A stretch of DNA of 62,453 nucleotides from a virus. Lineage: Duplodnaviria; Caudoviricetes. The notes under the pieces were generated by a model. That model was not told the origin of the DNA, searched no databases, and saw only the letters and a program-made list of their open reading frames with translations. Position 1 is the stretch's first letter. Every line of letters starts with the position of its first letter. Shown here in pieces: positions 1 to 10,082 of the stretch. The stretch lies in IMG/VR virus record IMGVR_UViG_3300043436_001486, positions 1-62,453 of that record. The stretch is one strand, 5' to 3'. The position numbers were made by a program, and so were the translations under genes.

Positions 1-1884
1 AGTCAGACGGGGAGTAATAATCTGTTTTGGGATGCTGCTAATAGTAGGTTGGGGATTGGGACTAATACGCCTGCGTATAGATTAGATGCAAATGGTAATG
101 CAAGAATAAACGGAACATTAAATATAAATAATGGCAATGGGTTATTAATAAACCATATTTTAAATGCTACTACAAATGGCGACCAACAAACTGGACTTGG
201 AATAAATGTATCATTTTCAGATGCATCATTTACGGGAGTAAACCATTATGCTTTACAAATAGCAGGTTCAGGATATTCTCAACTAACTGCTAATGTAGGT
301 CAATTTAATTTACCAACAAACGGATTTGGGTTGCAAGTTGGTTGGAATAAATCTAATGGAGGAGGAGAAACTTCTTTATGGTATAATAAGTCTGCTGGTT
401 CTACTGGAGGACTTTATATTGGAGAAAATGTTAGCGGAACTGGTACATATTATTCAAGATGGTTTTCGGGTACAGGCAACCTACTCCTCCAAAACGGAGG
501 CACATTCACCGACAGCGGTCAGCGTTTGCAGGTGCAGGGGACTACGTTATTAGCAGGTGCAGTAACAATGAATGGTTCTGTAACAGGAACAGGAAACACT
601 TCTAATTACACCGTAACTGCATCAAGCAACTTAGCAAGGTCTAAAGCGATTATAAGTACTCTTATCTCATTAGCAAACAATGATACTCTTATTGGGTTGG
701 ATATTAATCCAACATTTTCCACTGGTTCATTTACGGGAATTAATAGGTTATCATTAAGGTCAAATGGAATTTCTATATTTGGAAATTCTGCTACTGGAAC
801 AGCTTCGGGCAGGGCAGATTTGGGTGTAACAATTAATTCTTTTATAGATAATTCTGCAATAGCAGTAACAAGTCAAACAGGTAATTCATTTCATATTGAA
901 AATACCGCACAATTAAATAATGTTTACGCTAACTTTTCAATGCGAGTTGATAATGGTGGAAACGGGTTATATTCAAATATTGTATTATTTAAAAGTGCTG
1001 CTTCAACAGGTAGTTTAAGGACATATATACAAGGTTCACATTATATGTCATTGTTCAGCACAGGCAACCTTCTTCTTCAAAATGGAGGAACTCATACAGA
1101 CGCAGGTTTCCGTCTCGATGTCAACGGAACTGCGAGGTATTCGGGTAGAATTACAAGTACAGTTACAAATGATTCCGCTTTGGTTATACAATCAAGTGGA
1201 TTTTTAACACTTGGCGAGTCTGGTCAAAATATAATGAGTGCAAGTGCTGCCTTATTAATAGGTGGAGGAACTACTGGGTTAGGTATAAGATATACTATTG
1301 GTGTTGTTATTGGAAATGGAGGTGTTGGATATCATTACCTAACAGATAACTATGCTTTGTTTTCAACACAAACTGGAGCAGTCAATTTGAGCAGCGGTAT
1401 TCCTGCAAGTGCGGTTTTAGAAGCACGTTCCACTACCAAAGGTTTCCTCCCACCTCGGATGACAAATGCACAGAGAACGGCAATAAGCAGTCCAGCAGTT
1501 GGTCTTATTGTGTATTGCACAGATGCGACTGAGGGATTGTATCAGTACATAAACAACGCATGGGTTAACCTTACGGGTGTTGTAACAAATAGGCAAACGG
1601 CATCTTATACACTTGCTCTTGGTGATAGCAATGATTTAGTTGAAATGAATGTGGCAACTGCTAATAACTTAACTGTTCCACTTAACTCATCAGTCACTTT
1701 TCCAATAGGTACAAAGATTGACATTGCTCAATACGGAGCAGGGCAGACAACAGTTGTGGCAACGGGTGGAGTGACTGTGAGAAGTGCAGGTGGTGCGTTG
1801 AAATTAGCGGTACAATATAGCGGTGCAACTTTGGTTAAGATTGGAACTGATGAGTGGTATTTATTCGGAGATATAACTGTATAA
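1..1884 (+). CDS. Tail fibre protein, 5'-truncated (frame open from base 1)
   Basis: Gly/Thr/Asn-rich repeats (LGIGTNTP..LDANG, GNLLLQNGGT x2, STTKGFLPPRMT); frame 1 reads SQTGSNNLFWD from base 1. Confidence 0.85.
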   Translation, partial: SQTGSNNLFWDAANSRLGIGTNTPAYRLDANGNARINGTLNINNGNGLLINHILNATTNGDQQTGLGINVSFSDASFTGVNHYALQIAGSGYSQLTANVGQFNLPTNGFGLQVGWNKSNGGGETSLWYNKSAGSTGGLYIGENVSGTGTYYSRWFSGTGNLLLQNGGTFTDSGQRLQVQGTTLLAGAVTMNGSVTGTGNTSNYTVTASSNLARSKAIISTLISLANNDTLIGLDINPTFSTGSFTGINRLSLRSNGISIFGNSATGTASGRADLGVTINSFIDNSAIAVTSQTGNSFHIENTAQLNNVYANFSMRVDNGGNGLYSNIVLFKSAASTGSLRTYIQGSHYMSLFSTGNLLLQNGGTHTDAGFRLDVNGTARYSGRITSTVTNDSALVIQSSGFLTLGESGQNIMSASAALLIGGGTTGLGIRYTIGVVIGNGGVGYHYLTDNYALFSTQTGAVNLSSGIPASAVLEARSTTKGFLPPRMTNAQRTAISSPAVGLIVYCTDATEGLYQYINNAWVNLTGVVTNRQTASYTLALGDSNDLVEMNVATANNLTVPLNSSVTFPIGTKIDIAQYGAGQTTVVATGGVTVRSAGGALKLAVQYSGATLVKIGTDEWYLFGDITV

Positions 1885-1885
1885 A

Positions 1886-2599
1886 ATGAGTTTAAACTTA
1901 GGAATCATAGCATCATCAAGAAGTAGTGGGATTTCCCCTGAGGCACCAATAGTTACATCTGGTTTGGTTGCGCATTATGATGCAGGTAACTCAACCTCTT
2001 ATGGAGGCATCGGTTCAACTTGGAATGACTTATCTGTAAATGCATTAAACGCTACACTTGTAAATAGTCCTGTATTTAACGTATTGAATGGTGGTAATTT
2101 TATTATAAGTCAAGTTCTAAATAACTATGTAACAGTTCCACATAATTCATTGTTTAATTTTACAACAGGTATAACTATATCTGTTTGGATTAAAACAACA
2201 AAATCTGTTGATGGATATATTGCGACTAAGGGAGAAAACTCATTTTTTTTATGCGTAGGTCCAGCAGGAACAACGGCAGGTAAAGCATCACTTTTTTTAC
2301 AAGGAACAGGTGGTGGTTGGGCACAATCGGCAACAACTGTATCAACTGGCAATTGGGTAAACATAACTGCAACTTGGGCAAGTAATACAACAAGGTTTTA
2401 CATAAACGGGGCATTAGATTCTACAAATACAAGAAGTGGAACAAGTTTATCAACTGGCACAAGTCCTGTTTATTTTTGTTGGAGAAATGTACCAATAATG
2501 AATGCAAATATTAGTATATACATGTTCTACAATAGAGCATTAAACGAAACAGAGGTATTACAAAACTTTAACGCAAGAAAATCAAGGTACGGACTATAA
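1886..2599 (+). CDS. LamG/concanavalin A-like lectin domain protein (receptor binding)
   Basis: GLVAHYDAGN..SY, TISVWIK, W.NITATW, FYINGAL, FYNRAL..EV motifs. Confidence 0.85.
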   Translation: MSLNLGIIASSRSSGISPEAPIVTSGLVAHYDAGNSTSYGGIGSTWNDLSVNALNATLVNSPVFNVLNGGNFIISQVLNNYVTVPHNSLFNFTTGITISVWIKTTKSVDGYIATKGENSFFLCVGPAGTTAGKASLFLQGTGGGWAQSATTVSTGNWVNITATWASNTTRFYINGALDSTNTRSGTSLSTGTSPVYFCWRNVPIMNANISIYMFYNRALNETEVLQNFNARKSRYGL

Positions 2600-2611
2600 A
2601 AAATAATAAAT

Positions 2612-2884
2612 ATGGCAAATATTCAACCCGTTAGTGTATGGTATAAAGGAGAAGAAAAAAATGCAAATGTATTTACTCTTTATTCTACTTATGATAACTT
2701 AATAGACAATGCAACATTCAAGTACAATTTAATTTCAGATAATGGAATTGATGGTTCTTTAATTTTATTAGTAGATGATTTATCTATCAATGGTGCAGAT
2801 TATGAGCAATGGGATGCAGAGGTAGATGCAAATGCTTGGATTTACAATTGGGCAGCAAGTAAGTTAAACCTAACAATTATATAA
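2612..2884 (+). CDS. Small tail-associated protein, paralogue of next gene
   Basis: Shares I.P..VW..GE.K.A and NAWIYNW.A.KLNL.I with 2887..3183. Confidence 0.6.
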   Translation: MANIQPVSVWYKGEEKNANVFTLYSTYDNLIDNATFKYNLISDNGIDGSLILLVDDLSINGADYEQWDAEVDANAWIYNWAASKLNLTII

Positions 2885-2886
2885 AA

Positions 2887-3183
2887 ATGGCAAAACAAAT
2901 CTCACCTATCAATGTATGGGTAAATGGCGAAAGCAAAGTAGCAGAGTATTTTCAAGTGACTTGCATCAATGACAACTACGAATCAAGTGCTACCAATTAT
3001 TGGCAGTTGTTCACCAAAGTTGTAGATGCTGAAGGTGTTGAATCTCAAGGCGAGCAAGTTGCTCAAGGCAATCTCACGATTCAGGGCGAGGACTACGTTT
3101 TGTGGGGTGACCAACCCGCAATGGCGATTAACGCTTGGATTTACAATTGGAGTGCAGAGAAGCTGAATCTTGAGATTCTCTAA
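2887..3183 (+). CDS. Small tail-associated protein, paralogue of previous gene
   Basis: Same shared motifs; common DNA gcttggatttacaattgg. Confidence 0.6.
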   Translation: MAKQISPINVWVNGESKVAEYFQVTCINDNYESSATNYWQLFTKVVDAEGVESQGEQVAQGNLTIQGEDYVLWGDQPAMAINAWIYNWSAEKLNLEIL

Positions 3184-3234
3184 GGCAAAAGACGAACTAC
3201 GGCCCTGCCAATACTGGTGGGGCTATACTCGTTT

Positions 3235-3489
3235 ATGAAGAGGCATACAAAGTTGTACATGGACTACTTCGGCTACGTAGCTGATGACGTAATCCTATGC
3301 GAAATCTGTGGCAGGAGAGCCCAAGACATACATCATGTTCATTGCAGAGGCATGGGTGGAAGTGACAAAAAAGACGAAATTTCCAACCTTATGGCCGTAT
3401 GCAGGGATTGCCATATAAAATTCGGTGACAAGAAACAGTACATAGACTACCTAACAGACATACACAATCAGCACTTAAAAAATAAGTAA
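3235..3489 (+). CDS. Small HNH endonuclease
   Basis: CEIC..DIHH..NL..VCRDCH; ATG at 3235 preferred over GTG at 3217. Confidence 0.8.
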   Translation: MKRHTKLYMDYFGYVADDVILCEICGRRAQDIHHVHCRGMGGSDKKDEISNLMAVCRDCHIKFGDKKQYIDYLTDIHNQHLKNK

Positions 3490-3499
3490 ATTTGCTATT

Positions 3500-6121
3500 A
3501 TGGCAATGAATAAGCAACGTAAAAGCTCAAACCTGCTGAACATACTAAACTATGACGATGCAGGTAATATAGTACTTAGAGACTACAGTCAGACTATTAG
3601 GTACAACTGGAACGGCACAATACACGCCTTTACGGGGCCCTTGAGCATCAGCTCAATAGCAGCTGCTGTGACGGACACAGACAGGTTCCTAGTCTCTGAC
3701 GGTGGTGTGCTTAAGTATAGGACGGGTGCTGAGGTATTGTCTGACATAGGTGCAATAGGCGGTAGCGGAACAGCAGGACAAGTTGCATATTGGAATGGAA
3801 CGAGTTCACAGACGGGTTCAAATAATTTGTTTTGGAATAGTGCAAATTCAAGATTAGGAATCGGTACTAATTCACCTTTATATAATTTGCATAATGTTGG
3901 AACATCTGCTTTTGATAATGGTGGAAGTGGAGATGCGATGGCAATTTTAAACAATGGTTACATTGTTTTAGGGTCAACAAGATTTAGAGCATTTGGTGCA
4001 ACTTTTCAATTTCAAGATGCTTCATTTAATACAAAAGTTTCATTTAATACTGGTGGTCAAGTAATTTTTAACACAGGTGGTAATGTTACAATAGGCACAC
4101 TAACCGATGGCGGTCAGCGTTTGCAGGTGCAGGGGACAACGTTGTTGAATGGTGCGACAACAATCAGCGGAAGTACAACTGCATCAAGTGCTATTGCAAG
4201 AGGTGGACTGCTGAACACTACCCTTGTCGCATCTGCAAACAATGATGTGCTTGTTGGTCTTGATGTAAACCCTACGTTTACAAATGGTGCGTTTACGGGG
4301 GTAAGTAATATTGCTCTTAGAGTTAATGGTTTTTTACAAGCGTCAAATTTTAAAACTACAATATCAGGAAATCCTAATCAATCTACAACAGTAATAATAG
4401 GAAGTGGTGTAGGGAATAATATTACCCAAGAAAATAATATATGTATAGGAGGAGTAAATAATGGTATAGGAAGAACAACTGCACAATCTTTAACAATCGG
4501 TGCAAATAATACAATAGTAGGACAAGGTTCTGCATCATATATAACAACTGGAAATCAAAATTCAGTTCTTGGAAGTAGGGCATTAGGTGGTAATAGTACA
4601 ACAATGTCCAGCAATATTGCATTAGGAGATGAGGCATTGCGTAATAATACTGGTAGTAACAACGTATCAGTAGGTGCTACATCAGCACTTAATGTAACAA
4701 GTGGAAGTGGCAATTTATTTTTAGGAGATAATGCTGCAAGGTTTCAAGCAAATGGTTCAACAAATCTTGCTCTTACTGGTAATAATAATATTTACATTGG
4801 TCAACAAGTAAGAGGATTTAACAACACAGACACAAATGCTATTGTAATAGGTAGCGTTGGTATTGGTTTAGGTTCTAACACAACAGTAATAGGCAATAGT
4901 TCAACAACGGATACTGCCATATATGGTAGGATGCTTGTAAACTATTCATCTCCTGTAATTGGTACTCATGCTCTCGATGTCAACGGCACTGCGAGGGTGA
5001 GAGAATACCTTTATATGTTACGTTCAGATGCTGCTACAACTGTTGCTGCTCTGACATTTCAGTCGGGAGGCACTATTGACATAGGAACTACATTTAGGGT
5101 ACTCTCAACAAATCGTTGGGATAATATAACAAGCAGTTCATCTTATATCCAAAATGGTTACACAACAAAAACATTTGTTACAACAAATGCGGCAAACGCA
5201 AGTTTTAGTTCATACGATTTTTCTGCTTCAAATGAATATCAACCAACGATTGCAAACTTATACACGCAAAAGTTGATAAATGGTGCTATGACAATTAATA
5301 GCACCGCTGGAACAAATAATTTTCATGGAATTTCTATATCTACAATAGATAATTCAGCATCAATTTCTAATAATGTGTATGCAGTATATGCTGATGCAAC
5401 ACTTGGAACAAATGCTTCAGCAAATCGTTGGGCGGGGTATTTTGTTGGGCGTGGGTATTTTAGTCAAGCATTATCAATCGGAACTAATTCTCCTTCTGCA
5501 TCAGCAATTCTACAAGCAGATTCCACTACTCGTGGATTCTTGCCACCTCGGATGACAAATGCACAAAAGAACGCAATCAGTAGTCCTGCGGCAGGGTTGG
5601 TAGTATATGACAATACAGACAACTACTTAAGCCTGTACAACGGAACTAACTGGCAGAATATTGTTTCTCCTAATTCTAGCGGTAACGTGCTTATAGGAAC
5701 TACTGCTGACCAAGGCTATCGCGTACAGATAACATCAGCAAGTGCAGACAGTCAACTAAACGTATGGGGAGCAGCATCTCCTTCAATCAGGCTTGACAAT
5801 GCAGCAAGTGGTGCAACACAAAGGTTTGTAATAGGATTAGCCACAGCTACAAATAACTTTATTCAAGGTGCAAATGCTGGAGACGTCTGTATGACACCCG
5901 GAACAAGCTCCGCATTAGTATTTGGAATGTGGCAAACCTCTAGCTCTAGTGAGGTTATGAGAATCTCAACATCCTCAAACGTGCTGATTGGGAAGAATAC
6001 AGACAGTGGGCAAAAGCTACAGGTGGTTGGCAAGGTAAACCTTACAAGCCTTCCAACATCAGCCACAGGACTTATGGCAGGCGACGTATGGAACAATGGG
6101 GGAGTCTTAAATATAGTCTAA
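3500..6121 (+). CDS. Tail fibre protein 2
   Basis: Same repeat modules as first fibre plus N..IG..AL trimeric-adhesin-like repeats; preceded by TAAATTTG box. Confidence 0.85.
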   Translation: MAMNKQRKSSNLLNILNYDDAGNIVLRDYSQTIRYNWNGTIHAFTGPLSISSIAAAVTDTDRFLVSDGGVLKYRTGAEVLSDIGAIGGSGTAGQVAYWNGTSSQTGSNNLFWNSANSRLGIGTNSPLYNLHNVGTSAFDNGGSGDAMAILNNGYIVLGSTRFRAFGATFQFQDASFNTKVSFNTGGQVIFNTGGNVTIGTLTDGGQRLQVQGTTLLNGATTISGSTTASSAIARGGLLNTTLVASANNDVLVGLDVNPTFTNGAFTGVSNIALRVNGFLQASNFKTTISGNPNQSTTVIIGSGVGNNITQENNICIGGVNNGIGRTTAQSLTIGANNTIVGQGSASYITTGNQNSVLGSRALGGNSTTMSSNIALGDEALRNNTGSNNVSVGATSALNVTSGSGNLFLGDNAARFQANGSTNLALTGNNNIYIGQQVRGFNNTDTNAIVIGSVGIGLGSNTTVIGNSSTTDTAIYGRMLVNYSSPVIGTHALDVNGTARVREYLYMLRSDAATTVAALTFQSGGTIDIGTTFRVLSTNRWDNITSSSSYIQNGYTTKTFVTTNAANASFSSYDFSASNEYQPTIANLYTQKLINGAMTINSTAGTNNFHGISISTIDNSASISNNVYAVYADATLGTNASANRWAGYFVGRGYFSQALSIGTNSPSASAILQADSTTRGFLPPRMTNAQKNAISSPAAGLVVYDNTDNYLSLYNGTNWQNIVSPNSSGNVLIGTTADQGYRVQITSASADSQLNVWGAASPSIRLDNAASGATQRFVIGLATATNNFIQGANAGDVCMTPGTSSALVFGMWQTSSSSEVMRISTSSNVLIGKNTDSGQKLQVVGKVNLTSLPTSATGLMAGDVWNNGGVLNIV

Positions 6122-6170
6122 TACGCTATATTTATTAAAATACTTATATTTGTACACAAATACACAAACA

Positions 6171-6605
6171 ATGGAAAAAGCAACACTTAAAATCGTTCAG
6201 TTTTACAATTTGGAAGCTGAATTGAATGGAACACAAAACCCGCAAACAGGCGAAAAGCTTACAAAAGGACTTCTGTCTGAAAGGCTTCAGCTTAAAACAA
6301 AGTACTGGCTGTCTGACTTGTCCAAGAAGGTAAAGGAACAAACAGACGCTTGTAACGAACTTAGAAACGACTTGATTAAGAAGTACGGAGAGGAGAAAGA
6401 TGGACAGATTTCTGTTCCTGTTTCTGTGAAAGAAGACGATAAGGACATTCTTAACCCCAATTTTGTTTCATTCCAGTCGGAATTTGAAGCGCTGCTAAAT
6501 GAGGAAAGGGAGATTGAGTATAAGCAGCTTTCTATTGACGACTTGGGTAGCATTGAAACAGAAGAAGTATATAACACTCTTTTCAGCTTGTTAAAATTTG
6601 ATTAA
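6171..6605 (+). CDS. Conserved phage protein downstream of tail fibres (DUF1617-like)
   Basis: R..LIKKYGE and F..EF..LL.E..EI motifs; TATATTTG at 6145-6152. Confidence 0.55.
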   Translation: MEKATLKIVQFYNLEAELNGTQNPQTGEKLTKGLLSERLQLKTKYWLSDLSKKVKEQTDACNELRNDLIKKYGEEKDGQISVPVSVKEDDKDILNPNFVSFQSEFEALLNEEREIEYKQLSIDDLGSIETEEVYNTLFSLLKFD

Positions 6606-6886
6606 TGGATTTGCAACTAAAGTTAGGTAAGATGGAAGAAAGACTAGATGAATTAGAAGTCAAAATTGACTTAATAGATGCTAAACTTTCTACAGTTATT
6701 GATGCTTTAGTTGGAAACAAAATCCTTAAGTCTGACGGTTTAGTCAGCAGATTGGAAAAGTTTGAAAAGGAGTTGCAGGAATTAAAAGAGTTTAAAAACA
6801 AAATACTCTACGGGGTGGCAGCTATTGTCAGCCTTGGAATAGCCTTAGATTTCTTTTTAAAAGCTTACCTCAATCTGAAAAAGTGA
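6605..6886 (+). CDS. Coiled-coil protein with C-terminal TM helix (lysis-module membrane protein)
   Basis: Heptad pattern followed by hydrophobic ILYGVAAIVSLGIALDFFL. Confidence 0.5.
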   Translation: MDLQLKLGKMEERLDELEVKIDLIDAKLSTVIDALVGNKILKSDGLVSRLEKFEKELQELKEFKNKILYGVAAIVSLGIALDFFLKAYLNLKK

Positions 6887-7482
6887 AATTAATCATACAA
6901 AACTCACGCAGCATTTTCGCCTTTCTTTTAGGCGCACTTGCTGCGTTTTATTTTAGAGGTTGCTTTCCTCAGCCAGCTACTCAAAAAATAGTTAAGGTTG
7001 ACGGCAAGAAATACGAAGTAATAGCATCTAAGTCCGACACAGAATACATTACCAAGACTGAAAAGAAGTATATTAAAGGCGAAGACATTTACCACGACAC
7101 TACAATACTGGTAGAAGTTCCTGCTGATGTAGACACGGCAGCGATTCTTTTAAACTTTTACGCTAAAAACGTATTTACAGACACTTTTGCTATTGAATAC
7201 GGGAAGTTTATAATAAGAGACACAGTACAATTTAACAAGGTTTTGGGGCGTTCTTACTACGCCGATTTGTTAGTTCCGGTTATAACTAATACCCAAATAG
7301 TAAAAGAAAGGCCTAAGGTACAGGTGTTTGCAGGAGTTGGTGCAGGGGTTTACAACTACAACATCAGCGAGGTTAGTGCGCATTTATTCCTAAAGACTAA
7401 GAAGAATACCCTGTTTGGTGTAGGTGCTGGGGCGTTTAATAACAAGATTAATTATAAGTTCAATATATTAAAAAAGTTATGA
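6883..7482 (+). CDS. Membrane-anchored protein or lipoprotein, possible spanin-type
   Basis: N-terminal hydrophobic helix ending FRG-C; DT-rich linker; C-terminal beta-strands. Confidence 0.45.
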   Translation: MKLIIQNSRSIFAFLLGALAAFYFRGCFPQPATQKIVKVDGKKYEVIASKSDTEYITKTEKKYIKGEDIYHDTTILVEVPADVDTAAILLNFYAKNVFTDTFAIEYGKFIIRDTVQFNKVLGRSYYADLLVPVITNTQIVKERPKVQVFAGVGAGVYNYNISEVSAHLFLKTKKNTLFGVGAGAFNNKINYKFNILKKL

Positions 7483-7724
7483 GTAAGGCAATACTTGAAT
7501 ATAACCTCTTAAATTCAGAGGATTTGGCATCTTATACCAGAGCTGTCAATGCCGACAAGATGGCTTCAGCGTTATTTGAGATTCAGTATAACATGCTTAG
7601 GAAGATTAGGCATATTATTGAGTCTAAGGATGTTGATTCTCATGATGCGCTAGATTTAGTTGCTACCGAGATGGCAAATATATTAAACGATTGCTATTTA
7701 AACGTAGAGGAGATTACACAATGA
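7479..7724 (+). CDS. Hypothetical protein
   Basis: Coupled ORF in operon. Confidence 0.6.
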   Translation: MSKAILEYNLLNSEDLASYTRAVNADKMASALFEIQYNMLRKIRHIIESKDVDSHDALDLVATEMANILNDCYLNVEEITQ

Positions 7725-7990
7725 GAAAAGAACACAAAAACCCAGAAGGAGGACTAACTGCAGCAGGCAGGGCATACTTCAAGAGGACTGAAGGCGCTAA
7801 CCTAAAAGCGCCCGTAAAAGAAGGAACTAACCCAAGAAGGGTTTCTTTCGCTGCTAGGTTTGCTTGCATGAAGGGCCCTATGGAAAAACCTAATGGCGAG
7901 CCTACCAGAAAAGCCTTAGCGTTGAAAGCTTGGGGATTTGGTAGTGTAGATGCAGCCAGAAATTTTGCAAACAAAAACAAAAAGAAATGA
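7721..7990 (+). CDS. Basic conserved phage protein (DUF6321-like)
   Basis: KNPEGGLTAAGR..NLKAPV..RRVSFAARF..PTRKALALKAW. Confidence 0.65.
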   Translation: MRKEHKNPEGGLTAAGRAYFKRTEGANLKAPVKEGTNPRRVSFAARFACMKGPMEKPNGEPTRKALALKAWGFGSVDAARNFANKNKKK

Positions 7991-8238
7991 TAAAGAACTT
8001 TATTTGGAGCCTATTGGCTGAAGATGGAAAGATTAGCAGCAAGAGATTTGCTGGTATTATGGCAACAGTTTTTCTGTGTGTAACCCTACTTTGGAATAGC
8101 TTCAGCGAAGAACATATTGCGCCTTCTACCATTCTTGTTGAGTGTGTAACGGCAGTAGCAATTGGTTCTCTTGGCATCTCAGCAGCACAAACAATATTTA
8201 AAAAGAAAGAAGATGGCAGTAGCGAAAAAGAAGGCTAG
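7987..8238 (+). CDS. Putative holin
   Basis: Two TM helices after SSKRF, charged C-terminus, upstream of endolysin. Confidence 0.65.
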   Translation: MIKNFIWSLLAEDGKISSKRFAGIMATVFLCVTLLWNSFSEEHIAPSTILVECVTAVAIGSLGISAAQTIFKKKEDGSSEKEG

Positions 8239-8485
8239 TCCTACACTAAACCCAATAACCAGCATAGTTAGCTTTGAGCAGTTCAAGAAGAGCCCTGTGG
8301 CAGCTGTTGCGTTCCTGTGCATATGCGGAATGTCTTTCCTGTACTACAGGGGAGAGTCTGAGAGGGAGAAGATGTGGAACATTGTAGCCGCACAGAATGA
8401 GAAGATTAGGAAGTCTGACAGCACCTCTGCTGCTGCCTTGTCTCAGATTCAAATACTGAAGAAGCTTAAGCAAATCCCAGAATGA
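8213..8485 (+). CDS. Single-TM lysis-module protein
   Basis: Hydrophobic PVAAVAFLCICGMSFLYY then coiled coil; start probably MAVAKKK. Confidence 0.45.
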   Translation: MAVAKKKASPTLNPITSIVSFEQFKKSPVAAVAFLCICGMSFLYYRGESEREKMWNIVAAQNEKIRKSDSTSAAALSQIQILKKLKQIPE

Positions 8486-8820
8486 TTAAGAACCTGTACA
8501 TAGCGTTTACAACAATAGCTTTAGGATACCTTCTAGTGAAGGAGCCAGAGGTTGTGACAGAAAATATTGTTGACGAATCTTCTCTGCGTGCTGACAGTTT
8601 GAAGTCTTTCTTGACGGCTTCGGACAACGCTATTTCCACAAAGATTGAGAAGACTGCGACTACAATAATCAGCCTAAAGGAAGAGGTTTCTGAACTGAAG
8701 GGGGTTATAAAACAAAAAGAAATACAAATAAATGAACTCAAGGGTACTATTTCTGAGTATACTTCTAACATTGGTGACAAGTTTAGCGTACTCGCAGCAT
8801 CTGAGGAAGCTGGGAAGTGA
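8482..8820 (+). CDS. i-spanin-like protein
   Basis: N-terminal TM plus coiled coil, overlaps next gene. Confidence 0.45.
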   Translation: MIKNLYIAFTTIALGYLLVKEPEVVTENIVDESSLRADSLKSFLTASDNAISTKIEKTATTIISLKEEVSELKGVIKQKEIQINELKGTISEYTSNIGDKFSVLAASEEAGK

Positions 8821-9154
8821 CACATTTGTCGTAATGACACTTAGTCAAGGTAAGAAGATGAACGAAAACTTCACTGCTCTTAGAGATAGTGTAAGATTTC
8901 TTGGCGTAAAATATGACTCTGTTGTTTCAAAGTTTGTAGTAGAAAAGCATATTTCAACAGACTCTATCAGCCTTATAAAGCAGAAATATATTCAATCAGA
9001 AAGCAAGTTTGACTCTCTTCAGTATAAATTCAACTATAACAAAGCCTTAATAGACGCAAGGGAAAAGGGTTGGGCAAAAGACAAATCAACGTACCAATTT
9101 TTCATATTTGCACCATACGTGCTATTATTAATTCTAAATCTAATTAACTTATGA
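8732..9154 (+). CDS. Overlapping spanin-partner-like protein
   Basis: Signal peptide, coiled coil, C-terminal TM; no lipobox Cys. Confidence 0.4.
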   Translation: MNSRVLFLSILLTLVTSLAYSQHLRKLGSDTFVVMTLSQGKKMNENFTALRDSVRFLGVKYDSVVSKFVVEKHISTDSISLIKQKYIQSESKFDSLQYKFNYNKALIDAREKGWAKDKSTYQFFIFAPYVLLLILNLINL

Positions 9155-9753
9155 TTAGCGCAACTAAGCTTTCTACTAAAGTACCAGCACCTGTAATGAT
9201 TGAGATTGCATCTATTATAGAAAGGTTTAATATGACAAACCCTTTGAGGCTTGCACACTTTCTTGCACAAGCTGCACATGAGTCTGGAAACTTTAAATTC
9301 CTAAAGGAAAACCTTAACTATTCAGCTGATAGCTTACTGAAAGTATTCCCTAAGTATTTTAAGGACAAGGCTACAGCTGACAAGTATGCTCGTAACCCAG
9401 AAAAGATTGCCAATAAGGTATATGCTTCAAGGATGGGGAATGGAGATGAGGCTTCTGGAGATGGATTTAAGTTTAGAGGAAGAGGTTATATTCAGCTGAC
9501 CGGAAAGGACAACTACAAAGCTTTTTCTAACTTCATTGGAGAGGATTGCGTAGCTAACCCAGACTTAGTTTCAGACAAGTACCCACTTGTCAGCGCTTCT
9601 TGGTTTTTTGACAAGAACAATCTTTGGACAATTTGTGACAAAGGTGCAACGGACGAGGTTGTTACAGCTGTAACTAAGCGAGTAAATGGCGGTACCCATG
9701 GGATTTTGGATAGATTGTCTAAATTCAAGTTATTTAACGAATCCCTTACTTGA
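9151..9753 (+). CDS. Endolysin, glycoside hydrolase family 19
   Basis: AHFLAQAAHESG, ENLNYS, DG.KFRGRGYIQLTGKDNY, TKRVNGG. Confidence 0.93.
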   Translation: MISATKLSTKVPAPVMIEIASIIERFNMTNPLRLAHFLAQAAHESGNFKFLKENLNYSADSLLKVFPKYFKDKATADKYARNPEKIANKVYASRMGNGDEASGDGFKFRGRGYIQLTGKDNYKAFSNFIGEDCVANPDLVSDKYPLVSASWFFDKNNLWTICDKGATDEVVTAVTKRVNGGTHGILDRLSKFKLFNESLT

Positions 9754-10082
9754 CAATAGAAAAAACCATACGCGAATCATTATATAGCACCTGCGTAAAG
9801 CGCAGCATATATACTATACTCCATACTAACTACTACAAAAGTAGTAAGACTGTTGAGATGGTAGCTGAAATTGAGGACTATGTAATAGAGTATGGAATAT
9901 TTATTGGAGGAATGTCTAAGGAGGGGTTTTTTATATGTGAAGATGTTGATGATGTTGTTTTAGCTTTCTGGCTGTCAATGATTGATGACTGGGACTTAGA
10001 GAATACAAGGCCAAGCAAGGTGTTTGTAAAAAAAGTAACTGACCTATATATTTTAGCATCTTCAATCTATTCCGATGATTAA
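9750..10082 (+). CDS. Hypothetical protein
   Basis: ORF in operon; start uncertain. Confidence 0.5.
   Translation: MTIEKTIRESLYSTCVKRSIYTILHTNYYKSSKTVEMVAEIEDYVIEYGIFIGGMSKEGFFICEDVDDVVLAFWLSMIDDWDLENTRPSKVFVKKVTDLYILASSIYSDD

Noticed and set aside
3201-3224. Hairpin ccctgcca..tggtgggg resembling 41220-41241
   Set aside because: Only two short copies; adequately explained as ordinary terminator-type stems.
1-6121. Diversity-generating retroelement acting on tail fibres
   Set aside because: No reverse transcriptase, and no ~100-bp TR/VR pair with A-specific mismatches; the repeats are short joints.
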